A DNA stretch of 56,325 nt, the filler included, from Sphacelaria rigidula (Eukaryota): the NCBI GenBank assembly GCA_964200075.2. It is 6 parts of 6 records of this genome, joined end to end, with 100 filler letters (N's around TTAATTAATTAA, not from the genome) between each part and the next. Parts side by side here need not be neighbours in the genome. Positions count along the whole stretch, not along the records: positions 9,406 to 18,710 come from CAXNAA020008796.1; positions 18,811 to 28,114 come from CAXNAA020008797.1; 4 more parts are not named here. One strand, 5' to 3'. Shown here piece by piece: positions 12,023 to 23,153 of the stretch (positions within the stretch are counted from its first letter, which is position 1; each line of letters opens with the position of its first letter). Position numbers and translations under genes: made by a program. Under the pieces are notes generated by a model that saw nothing but the letters and a program-made list of their open reading frames with translations, was not told the origin of the DNA and did not search any database.

Positions 12023-15000
12023 CTATTCGCTGTTGAGAAACGTTACTTCCATGTCCACAATATTGCGGTGCGTCTTGCACGCGGCGCACATTTTCTCGAT
12101 GAGCTTGTACCCCTCCGCCCCCCCGTGCGCACTCTTGAACTCCTCCAAATCATCACCCTTACTCGCCAACAAGGGGTAGGTACGACGGTAATCCCTGGTG
12201 CGCCGCGCAAATCTACGAACCCGCTCGAGTGTAAGAATACCGTCCGTGCTCAGTACCTTGAGAACGTTTTCTTTGAGATGCTTGGGGTCCTCGTCGTTGA
12301 TCTTTCGCCGGAAGTCTAGTTTACTTTTGCCCCAAGAGTACTCGACCCCGACCCCTGCCAACTCAGGATGTGCCCGCGGCTCTCTACCAAGTGCTGCAGT
12401 GCGGATTTTTCCGCTCTGTAGTCAGAGCAATTGCCTAGAACCGGGTAACAGTTTTTCCCCGTCTTGGGGTCGGCGCTACCGGTCATTCCTTCTTCCCACA
12501 GCCCCCTTTCCCACAACATCTGCCGAATGCCCTTTGGTTTCCCCTCGTATCCGATCGTGGGTTCATATACCCACCTATTCTTGCCCTTGCCTGTGCTTTT
12601 TTCCTTCCGGCCTCTTTTTCTGCTCCTGGGTTCGGCCTCAAGGTCGTAGAGCGGGGGAGGATCTCCAGCCTGAAAGGTGGCATGCTGAACATCGCCTGGC
12701 TTGAGCTTACAATCGCACTTCTTGCCATTCCACACCACCGTCGCAGGGTTAGGCCCTAGGCATGCAGCCGTCACCTTCGTATCGCGTATCCCCCCCCCCT
12801 TCTTGCCGCCCCATTTCACGTTCAAGTTGTCAACATGCAAACCGTCCTCCCTGTACTTGGCATGCCCGCTAGAGTGGTCCACCTCCATCACCAACTGCCA
12901 CGCCGGGTACAACACCTCGAAACAGTCCATGATGTCAATACACTGCTCGGCAAACATGTCGTAGTTCCAGTACCCGTCCTTGTTCTTACCGTACTCCAAA
13001 AACCTAGTCCCCGGGGTATCCTTCAGCGCCGGGTGACCATGGACAGAGCGAAAAGCATTTACTCGCGCTAGCTCCTCGCCGGTCATCCTAAAACCAAACC
13101 CCCGAATTTCATCCTGGAATGCCGAGACCATGATGCCTGAACCCTATGTATTTTTTCTGAGGCTACGCACACCTGCGACTACCCGCCCCTTCCCCTCCCG
13201 AAGGTACGCCTTGAAGATGCACTCGTCTTGCCCCATGTGCCATGCCGGCAGATGGCAAAAGCAGACGCCCTCATGTCCTGCACGGCATGAAGAGTCCGCC
13301 TCGGCCCTGAAGCGCACGCTGAAGTTTCCCCCATTTTCGGACTTCTTCCTCACGATGTCGAAAGCACCCCTGTCTGTAGAGGTTCCTTTTCCACCGGCCT
13401 CCCCCTCTCGTCCGAGTCTGTCCACGTGAAACTCGATGAAGTCCACCCCCTGGCGCACATACTTGTATACTTCGCAGGGCAAACCGTTGTGCTCGATTGT
13501 CTCGAGAGCCTCGGTGGGCACGTCGGCTAGGGGTATCTGCACCCACACCGGCTGCCGGAGGGAAAGGCGCCGTAGTTTCGCCAAATACACCAAGCGATCT
13601 GCGATCACTTCCGGCTTGTTGTGGCCGTCGGTGTAGTACGTTTGAGTGGCGCGGTCGAACACCCAGTCCATCTTCTGCAGCCACGAGTGCACCAGCCCTC
13701 GCGAAACGGGCTTGACGATCACGTAAACGTCCTTCATCTTGGCCTCGTCCATGCTTGTGTGTTCTATCGTGAGAAGCTTGTCGTTGATGAACGCCACCAC
13801 CTTCGAGACGGTAAGGCGTTTCTCCTTCTTCATGTGTTGCAGCAAGACGAACAAGAGGTCGTCCTCGCTCAAGATCCACTCCTTCAGCCCGGCGCCCCTT
13901 TCGTCCAGCTTGAAGTAGCCGTTGGCGTCGTGTTGGTTGAACCAGGCAAGAACCGTTTGGGCGCTGATGTTGCCGTGGCGGTTCGCGGCCTCGGCCGCGA
14001 TCATGGGCATGAAGCCTCTCAGGCGCAGCTCTGCCATGTTGTTCAACCCCGCCTCGAGTGCAGAGTTCACACCATCGCCATCGGGCACCAAGACTTCGGC
14101 GGCTTCCAAGGCAGCTCTCCCGATGCGCGCCTCCCCCCTGTCGCGATGCGCCAGGGCCTCGTAGATCTTCATCGTCGTCAAGCCCTGTTCGCCCGCACGC
14201 GCAATTTGCTTGGCGGTGCAGTCGCTGTAAGACGCCTCCCCTGCCGCGTGGTTGTTGATTGCGGCCTCGGCGAACGTCCTCGTGGTGTCCGCCGAGTTGG
14301 CGGCTGGTGAGCCGTCGTCCTGCGCTAGGGCGAAGGTCGCAATGTCGTACTCCTCCCACGCCGCGCGCTCCTTGCTTTCCGCCTCCTTCACGTCTCCTAG
14401 CAGTGCATCCTCGATCGCGGCGGTCACGTGGAGGTTAGTCTGGGCCTCATGTAGTTCCGCTTGCGCTTCCAGGTATCGCGCGCTCGCAGGGTCGTCCTCA
14501 GCTGCGCCCATAGAGATCGACGGCCCTGCAGCCTTGAGAACCGGTACCCACTTCGAACGAGCCTTGGCGAGGGTTGTTCTATCGGCGTCGGCATCCTGAC
14601 GAGCTGCTGTCCATTTCGCTTGCGCTTCGGAAGTGCGGTCCATCGCGATGGAATACGCCTTCGCGGCGGCCACGTGCCGAGGGTCGGACACACAGGGCTC
14701 CCTCGGCGCTTCGGTCGACGCGGGGGGCGGCTGCTGAATCTTCTCCAACAGGTCCACCTAACGACCGTGGGCGATCGCGGAGAAAATATCCGCCGCCGCC
14801 TTCTCCCGTTTTGCCGCCCGTAGCTGTAGCTCCTCTACCCTCCGCTCCAAGCCTCGCCGCCGGTACTCAATGGTCCGATCTTGGGGTGCTTTCTTTCGCC
14901 ACCTCGCCATCCCACGCCCCAACCCCAAGTTGCGCAGCGTGCTGCAGCGCAGACGCCAGTCCCTCTTCAAGTCGGCGCGGATTCCTCGCAGCGAAGCAGC

Positions 15001-15189
15001 ACGGGCGACCTTGCGCTTGACTCCACAGGGAGAGGCCGTCTCGGAGGACGGTGTGCGTTCTGCGTTTTTTTGTTGTGAGCGGAATTTGGGAGTCGGGAGC
15101 GCGTTTGAGTTTGGCATATTTCCTGTTCTTCGCTCGTGGACCGTCAACCGCTGAAAAAGTCGATGCGCTCCTGTACGTTGATGAGCCAT
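12023..15189 (-). pseudogene. Decayed DDE transposase (~1050 codons when joined)
   Basis: ORFs 14758-15189, 13144-14757 and 12316-13131 are one frame broken by TAG stops at 14758-14760 and 13144-13146; a small deletion near 12370 shifts into ORF 12023-12361. Motifs: HMGQDECIF (D1), YGKNKDGYW, MEVDHSSGH (D2), KGIRQMLWERGLW, HPELAGVGVEYSWGKSK (E) and C-terminal CKTHRN. Confidence 0.85.
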
Positions 15190-15845
15190 GGGGCCACCAC
15201 GTTATGCCAAATACTTGCAAAACGTGCAGCAGCAGCACCTGCTGCACGCGTATGTTCCCCTGAGGCAACCATACTGAAGTACCACGCGTTCCATTTCCGA
15301 ACGTTGCGACGCGCTCTCGTTCCAATCAGCAGCATGGCCGCACATGCCATCAAGCAAAAATCAGCGTCCCCGCCGATCTCTAAAATGTACATGGGCATGG
15401 TGTTTCTACTGCTGATGTTCAACGTGTGTAACAAGAGCGCACCCCCCGATGTTTCTGCGAGTCGCTGACACATCCAGGACAGATACAACACACGGCTGTG
15501 ACCGGAACAGCAGCGCTACAAAACAAAATCAAACGAGAAACAAAACAAACCGTGGCTTCCGCAGGTTTTTGTTTTTTACACACTTTTTTGGCTGATGACT
15601 GCTGCTGTAAACAGGCTCTTGCTGTGAGCCGGGCTATTGCACAAACTTCACCCATGCCGCCTTTTCGCCGGAGTGTCGTCATGGCGATTTTTTACCGGTG
15701 TGTCGAAAACGGTTGCCTTCCTGGGTGCAAAATTACGTGCAACCACGAATCAAGCCAAAACAAACTGCTGTTGTTTGTTTGCAGACCGCTGCTGCATACG
15801 AAGTATTTGCGGATAGACTGCTGTTTACTTCCAGACTGCTGTAAA

Positions 15846-16341
15846 CTACACCGCAGACTGCTGTGCAGATCTTGCACTTGAGTTCCGCCTCGATTTCAAC
15901 AGGGGTTCTTCGGCAGTGCACCGCCCTCGCGGTGCTGCTGTTCGCCAAAAACATGACACACGGGTGGTTTCATCTAACTTTCTCCCCACGCGTTGCACAA
16001 ACGTACAACCAACGCGCACCGCACCTACACACATGTACAGCAGCAAATGTAAAACTACAGCGTCGCTTGACATTGCACAACACACTCACCAGGTGAGAAG
16101 CTTGTTCGTCTCCTCTTCCGCTCCAGGTCTGCTACGACGTTGTCGATGTCTGCCTCTGCTTCCGCCCTCGTGTCGTAGACGTAGCTTGTCTCCCTCCGCT
16201 CACCCGTCGGTCCCTTGCGGGCGTGTACCAAGCACCGCAATTTCCACTCCTTGTCCGCACATGCTGCATCACTTTGACTACGGACACTTTACGCTTCGGC
16301 GCGAGTGTGTTGACATCCACGGGTTGCAGTGGTGTTGCCAT
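15846..16341 (-). pseudogene. Small two-exon accessory ORF in the transposon, possible AP2/arm-type DNA-binding domain
   Basis: ATG at 16341 and one frameshift near 16270. Donor CCTG|GTGAGT (intron 16089-15938) and acceptor GAACAG| are both phase 1. Peptide includes KEWKLRCLVHARKGPTGERRETSYVYDTRAEAEADIDNVVADLERKRRR. Confidence 0.4.
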
Positions 16342-16797
16342 GGCGCTTCTAGTTGCGTACCACTGCTATGTTGGCGTGCAGGTTTGTTGCTGAGAAGAAA
16401 ATGAAGCAATCCTAACGGCTGCGCCACATTTTAAAATTCAGCGGCGACATTACAAAAATGCGGCGGAACTGGCCTTTTTTCAAGGCTTCTGATTGGCTGA
16501 TACTTATTTTCGCCCATAGCGCTAAGCCCACGGCCGAACTCGAAAATCTGGGAAAGTCACCCTCTCTGTCTTGTCCTGGGCTTTCCTACGACACCAAATT
16601 TGTGCGCATTAGTAAAGAATTGCGTTCGGGAATCCCCGGGGTGTATATTTTGTGTTTTCAATCTGAACCAGCCTGTACTCCATGGAGAGAGAACGTACGC
16701 TGTGACGGGCAGGGCTTCTCACGATGAAACGGAGCGGGACGGAGCGCAATGAGATTCCGTGCAGTCCCCACAGAAGTCATCGAAGACCACCCCTTGA

Positions 16798-18710
16798 CCC
16801 TTTTGGGACCGGACCCCAACCAACACAGGGTTGACCCTGTGTCAGTGGAATAACAAAAAACAAGTCTTCGAGCAACCTGCCCAATCACGGCGAGGCGAAA
16901 TTTATCGACCTGATCCGAACGACCAGCGCGGGGTTGTCGAGTGTGATGCCACTGCAAAGATCGTGTGGGGGCCCTATCCCTGGCCTAGATAAGCCTCCCC
17001 AGGTTTTTAAGTGCAGGGTGGTCGCAGCTTGTTTTTATGGCATTACCTGCACTTAGTATGGCGTTCCTAAGTTTTTCCGGAGTGTTTTTTGGGTCCCAAT
17101 TCTATACTGAAACGCAGTACTTTATACTAACACAGGGTGGACCGGAAAAACCGGGAAGAAGTGTACATGCTACAGTGTGGTCATTTTCACAAGGCACTAA
17201 ACCCAGGTGGACCGTGGAAAGATAAATGAGCTACCGTCATTCTGCGTATCCCTGTGCCGATGACTCACAGTGTACAGTTAACATGTATGTACGAGCTGGT
17301 TCAGATTGAACGCCCAAAATTCATTCCTCGAGATTTCCTCACGCCGTTTTTTCGAGTTAGACCACGAAAATTTGCACACATGTTTTTGAAGGCACTATCT
17401 AAAACTCGAAGACCGTTTTTTTGTTTTTTTTGGTGTCGAGATAGTCGCGATCTAACCCCTGCCCCGGTCGAGTAGGTTACCTGCGACCTTGGATAAAAAG
17501 CCACCAACAACAAGAAATGAAAAAAAAAACGGTCTTCGAGTTTTAGATAGTACCCTCAAGAACATGTGTGCAAATTTTTGTGGTCTAACTCGAATAAACG
17601 GCGTGAGGAAATGCCACAACGTGCGCTGAATTATAATAAACAAGTATGTAACGACTTGATTAATGCACCGAATCGCCCTTTTTGGGGGTTGGTTTCACGG
17701 TAAAAGACCCAGCCGAGTCATTTTTTTTAGTTGAGCAGCGAAAATTGGTACACATGTTCCTTGGGATACCACCTAATCCTGAGATGTAAAAAAATTGGAG
17801 TTGGGGCATTCTGTACCGGTTTCCTGTGGTCTTTATGCTGGGAGCCCCGGAAGCCGGTAGAGAACGGAGGAACTTTGAAATCTTGCCAGTAGCATAGTTT
17901 TTCCATTTTGAGCATCAATACCTACGGAACTGCCAAGTTTGAGGATGATCTGAGCCTTTTTCCCACAGATAAAAGGGAAATCGTCTCGAGGCTCCGTGGG
18001 TCTTTTGTTCGTGTCATGAGAAGATTTTAGACGACTCCAAAGCTCCACATCACCGAAACATTACGGTTTTGGGCAGAATTCGACCCCGTTAGAACCGTTT
18101 TCAAATCTGTTTCTCCCGTTAGATTCCCAAGCTGATGACGGTTACTACGATTTGAACCATGTGGAGATTCGATGGAAATTGGGCTTGGAACTCGTGTTTT
18201 CAATTTCGGAACAATTTCAAAGGCGCTGATTGGTCGAGACACGTTTCTGTCCATAGCGCCACCGCTTTAGCCTTGAACGAAAATCCGGCTATGTCACCCT
18301 TTTCGTCTGTTCATTGCGGTCAGTATGATACCACATTTGTGCATATTGGCGGGGTATTGCGTTCGTCATTAGCCGGGGAATAAATTTTGGGTATTCAATC
18401 TCAGCCAGCTTGTAGTAGGCGGGGATAAAGAAGCGGGAGATAGGCACTTGATATCGGTGGCTGAGAACTGCCTAGAACGTGCAAGGGAGTATGCAACGGT
18501 AGCTGCTGCTGCGGTCGGGGAGGCGTACTGCACTGTACTTGTACTGTACTACACTGTATGTATGCGCGCCGCAAAGCTGATATACCCTTCGAAGAGAATT
18601 TGCCGCATGCAACAAAGGGGGAAACGGCAGCCCACCCCGACCACAAAGGGCTGTGTGGCAAGGTGATGGGGACAAAAATACCATCCAAAGCCACAAGTGG
18701 CGGGCGGCCC
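16798..18710 (-). mobile_element. Non-autonomous piggyBac-like element, interrupted by a MITE and cut by the scaffold end
   Basis: TTGA|CCCTTTTGGGACCGGACCCC terminus; the body is the reverse complement of ~23540-24343. Confidence 0.8.
17292..18412. mobile_element. Non-autonomous relative (1.12 kb) of the 10986-16675 transposon
   Basis: TA|CGAGCTGGTTCAGATTGAACGCCCAAAATT ... AAATTTTGGGTATTCAATCTCAGCCAGCTTG|TA. The paralogous empty site at ~23838 has a single TA. Confidence 0.92.
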
Positions 18711-18810
18711 NNNNNNNNNNNNNNNNNNNNNNNNNNNNNNNNNNNNNNNNNNNNTTAATTAATTAANNNNNNNNNNNNNNNNNNNNNNNNNNNNNNNNNN
18801 NNNNNNNNNN

Positions 18811-18880
18811 GGAAGCGAACCCCACTACTCAACCGTCAGAAGGTTACGAGGTTACCAACTGAGCCACCGGGGCGACCGGC
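18811..18880 (-). mobile_element. tRNA-Gln(CTG)-like SINE head
   Basis: Box A TGGCTCAGTTGG, anticodon-like arm AACC-TTCTGAC-GGTT and box B-like GGTTCGCTTCC; cut by the scaffold start. Confidence 0.7.
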
Positions 18881-19077
18881 CACCGGCCAATTGGAGTACC
18901 CTGTTGAATCGTGTATTTATGCAGTCAGCTGCGTGGATTATTTTACGTCACGCGCATTTGATTGCACGGGCCGGGCCGGGCATGAGAGTTATCATGAATA
19001 ACGACACTGCATTCCCGTGCTCTGGAAGCCGGCCTCATCCCGGGATCAATTGGTATCCGCACAATTGCCTCACTGCT

Positions 19078-19652
19078 CATGTACCCGCGTGTCTTGTGAC
19101 TGCATATTTGTACCCAGTGAAGGGTTTGTAGGGTACGGTTACGGGTATCTAGGAGTGTCGGTACCCTGGTTCCCTGGGATTGCTCTCTTGTGTTGAGGCA
19201 GTCGGTATCTTGGGTATACCCTGGGATACAGGGTACTGAAGAGACCTCGGAATACTGGGGTACGGTGGAGCACTCGGTACTGTGAGAATGCTGACAACTA
19301 GGGTACCCTGGGGTACCGGTGTTTCGCAGTCCACAATCAGGGTACCCAAATGTATCGTTACTATGAAGATGCAAAACCAGGGGATCCTGGGGTACGCGGT
19401 ACTGCAAGACCTTGATACTGCAAAAACCCTGAAGGCCAGGGTACCCTATGGCAGTCGGTCCTCTGAAGTTGCTGGAAAATCAGGATACCCTACGGTATCA
19501 ATACTTCAAAGGTGATGAAAAAAACTTTCATGCGGTACCCTGAGGTATGCGGTACTTTACAGATGCTGGAAAACCGGGGTACCCTTCTGTTGCAGTACAA
19601 CGAGGATTTTGAAAACCACGGCACCCCGGGGGGACCGGACTGTGGGTACGGA
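19078..19652. repeat. GGGTACC/GGTAC-rich degenerate repeat region
   Basis: Dense recurrence of GGGTAC, GTACCC and GGTAT motifs; probably a non-autonomous transposon body. Confidence 0.6.
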
Positions 19653-20729
19653 ACTCCACGTCATCTGTCTCTATATTTTGCGCTCAATATGTTCATGTAC
19701 CGCCGCGGCCCGGTGGCCGAATGGATTGTGAAATGACATCAGATTGGGCGAAGTTGGCGGGTTGGACTTCGGGAAGTAGATAATTTTTCGCTTTTGTGTT
19801 TTTTGCCCCCTGGATTTCTTTCGTTCAAGAATCGACGAGATACGAGATGGCGATACGAAAAAATGAGAGAATGTTGATGAGATTTGGTACCGCAGACGAT
19901 CCCTGAGACAGGGGAGCCTGACCCTTGGAGCACCCATATGGATACCTGGTGCCCATTCAACAGATGGGGAACACATGGATGGATTGTCAAAAAGGGTTGA
20001 GCGTACGACAGAAGTATATTTCACATCAGTCGATGGAAGCGTCTTGTGTCTTGGTCTTGGAAGGGTGTTTTGTTTTACGTACAGAATATGCCGTGAGGAT
20101 CGTGCACCCTCCCCCTCTGGAAGTATTTTCCCACAAATGAATGAGCAATATTTGGACCGTTTTTTACGGTTCGAATTTTTCGGGGTCGCGTTTTCCACTT
20201 TTGGGACGTTTGATGCGGTTTCTGGCCCCCAAACAGGAATTATCGCCCCACCGAGAGGAATCTAGCCCACTTTTTAGATTCGTTTGACTCCGAGGTTTCG
20301 GTAACGGCCTCTGAATAAAAATCCGGCTGGGGAAAAAAATAGCGTGTCCGTAGGTACTTTCGCGCGGAGTTGGGCTCCTCTCGGTGGGGCGGTGCGAAGT
20401 GTCCAGGACGTGTGTTGGCGATATTCCCTGTTTGGGCGCCAAAAAAACGTGTCACAGGTCCCAAAAGTGGAAAATACAACCCCAAAAAATATGAGCCATA
20501 AGAAACGATCTTTTCTACGTCACTTTTCTGTTGCAGCCATCTTGCTGGCTTGAAAAATAACCTCTCCACCACATCTGCCCGTCGTGTGTCGTCCTTTTTT
20601 TTTCACTCTTTTTGTCTGTTGCTTCTTGCCCGTCCGTGTTGGAAACGTCCCACCGCGCTGCCCTCCTCGCGAAACAAACCCCCTGGATGTATGTGTATGT
20701 TATGGATGATGACTCAATGAATGGTGAAG

Positions 20730-20804
20730 GTTCGAGAGTACTTCGGTGGGAAGGGTGGCGGAAGCCCAGCGTTTCTGGAGGATATTAATCTCGACAATCC
20801 ATTG
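20730..20804 (+). CDS. Ubiquitin-specific protease (USP4/11/15-like), internal exon a
   Basis: AG|GTT...TTG|GTGAGA; encodes VREYFGGKGGGSPAFLEDINLDNPL, the segment following the USP Cys box. Confidence 0.85.
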
Positions 20805-21541
20805 GTGAGAGGGACACGCACCGTCGACATTCAATGTGGCGTGTTGGTGTGTGTCGCCGCGTCATGTCTCGGGGGAAACGTGAGGGCGTATGGTGTGTTT
20901 AACGCGTGACTCTTTCCGATTCAGATGGGGAGTCTTGTGGTCTTCCTTATACACATCCTTTTGATCGCCTAGGGTGGGTAATCGGGATCTTACACTCGTT
21001 TTTCGAGCATAAGTGATATGCCGGTTCAAATAGATGAAAACACCTCTGACGGCAAGTGAAAGGATTCTCTTGCGTGCAAGTCGGCGGTCAACTTGCTCGA
21101 TATTAATGATTTGAAAGTTAACCTCTGGGCCGCGAGGTTAATCCATCTGGATCATGCATACTTTCTTCAAGTGAAATTGAAGCCGAATCAACATTTGACC
21201 TATGCTCGCCGACAAACGGTCAACTCTTTTGACTACTACGGTAGGTCATCTGTTAAATCGGCGTCATGTTCACTTGAAAATCAAGGTGAATAATGGCGAT
21301 TGAACAGATCGCCTACGATTTGCCCCTTGACGGCGAGCATGGGTCATCTGTTGAATCGGCCTCATTTTCACTTGCACAATGTATCCACGAATCGTAGATT
21401 TGGTGATTCGAATAAGCGTTGATCCGTCCTACTCTTGTAATCTTTTCGTCTTGGTGATGTATTAGCATATCCCTGGAAACACACGGATGAGCAGAAATTC
21501 GTGAATACTGTACTTTTGTTGTGACCCTCAATGATCGGTAG

Positions 21542-21687
21542 GGCACGCAAGGAGAGCTCGCAAAGGCCTTCGGGGATCTGGTGAAGCGGATCTGGGAGGG
21601 TAGAGATAGCTACATTTTCCCCCGAGACTTTCGAGAAGTCCTCTGCAATCATGCACAACAATTTTTGGGCTACGATCAGCACGACAG
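21542..21687 (+). CDS. Ubiquitin-specific protease, internal exon b
   Basis: TAG|GGC...GACAG|GTGATG; encodes GTQGELAKAFGDLVKRIWEGRDSYIFPRDFREVLCNHAQQFLGYDQHD. Phase 0 in and phase 2 out, compatible with both neighbours. Confidence 0.92.
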
Positions 21688-23153
21688 GTGATGGTGCTGA
21701 TGATGACTGTGTTGTTGTTTTTAGTGTTAGTGTCAGTGTTATTTTCGTTGTTGAGCGGATGAATAAAACTACGTAAGGCGCGGCTGAAAAAGTGACTTTT
21801 TCTGATACTTTGAAACAAGATGGCATGTATACGGTTTCATTTTTCACGTTATGACGGTGATTACTGTTGTTGGTGTTGGTGTTAGTGCTGGTGCTCCTTT
21901 CTGATAGACTTCGTCAAATGATGCATGACTTTCCAAAAGCAATCAGTCAAGATGTTCATTTTTTTGTCCACTAATCACTATTTCACTAATATTGATGTCG
22001 GATGACGAGTATGTCGGAAGAGCAGAACTCGTCCGCCCGTCAGCAAGGTTTGTTTTGTGATGCTCACTTTGTTTCAACGTAATTGAAAGAGAAATATTTC
22101 ATTGGAACAAGTCGTTTTTGCGGAAGTGCTGATTCTAATTCTGCTGGGTGGTAGTCAAATGCAAGGTGGGTACATGTGACATGACGGTCGGTGACGGCTT
22201 AGTTGATCCCTGGTAGTACAAACTTGACCCGTCCCGAGAAACGGGGTGGATTACTTGATTTACACGACAGAAAAAAATGAAAAATTTATGTGCTCGGCGA
22301 AAAGGAACAGAAAAAATGATGAGCTCGGCAGGAGAAAAAAATATTACTTCGGCAAAAAAAAGAGAAAAACAATGGGCTCGGCAAACAAAAAAAAAGGAAG
22401 AGATTGGCAGAGAAAAAAATTCATCACTTGTTCGTGGAAATGCAAACGTTATTGCTCAAAAATGCCTAGTTTCAGCCCTTCGGCAGCGTTTTTCGTTCAA
22501 TGAAGAGTAAAGACGGTCAGGCAGATAATTATCACCTCGGAAAGACTTGCTTGCTCTTCTGCGTGAGGGAAATCTGGCACACGTTGGTGACTGCTTAATG
22601 CGCGCAGTTTGAGTTCTGGCCGGAAAATGGTATCGCGCATGCGTCCCAAGGGCGTGTCCAGTAGAGTATACCCGATATTGTGGGTTTTTGAAGAGTGGAG
22701 ACCCGACCCATGCCCATGCCCACAGCAGCAGCCAGTTCAGCAGTGCTCTTATTTCCCTCTCGAAAGTCGATACGAATCATCGTGACTGACTTGGGCAATT
22801 GGTGTGCGACTATGCAAAGCACCAAAATATTGGATATACCCTATCCGACCTACCCTTGATATCTTGCGCATTCCACACCCTGGACAAAAGAATACACAGT
22901 CAAAACGTGTACTGCGTACAGTATCGACTATTGCGTCTATTGCGGCAGACAACGAATTCCATACGATACGCAGTACTTTTTCTTACAATATAATCTTTTG
23001 TACAGGGTGTTGGCGCATTCGCAATATAGACCGTCTCGGGGGGTCACTTCTGCGAGTTTGCAGGGATTGCGTAATTTACTGTTATCCGGATAAAGCTTGA
23101 ACTACGTGAACCAGAGATCATCGAAGTGAAGCGGAATTCTCTGACCCTGTAAA

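Larger units (their letters stand above)
10986..16675 (-). mobile_element. Full-length TIR DNA transposon (IS630-Tc1-mariner-like), 5.69 kb, TA-flanked
   Basis: Left end TA|CGAGCTGGTTCAGATTGAACGCCCAAAATTTACACCCCAGGGATTCC; right end GGAATCCCCGGGGTGTATATTTTGTGTTTTCAATCTGAACCAGCCTG|TA (~47-bp imperfect TIR). Encloses transposase-like ORFs. Confidence 0.9.

Noticed and set aside
13271-14359. 362-aa alternative-frame ORF and antisense ORFs over the transposase
   Set aside because: Arg/Gly-rich shadow frames of a GC-rich coding sequence with no recognisable motifs.
21368-21847. 159-aa minus-strand ORF
   Set aside because: Overlaps the real plus-strand USP exon b; shadow frame.
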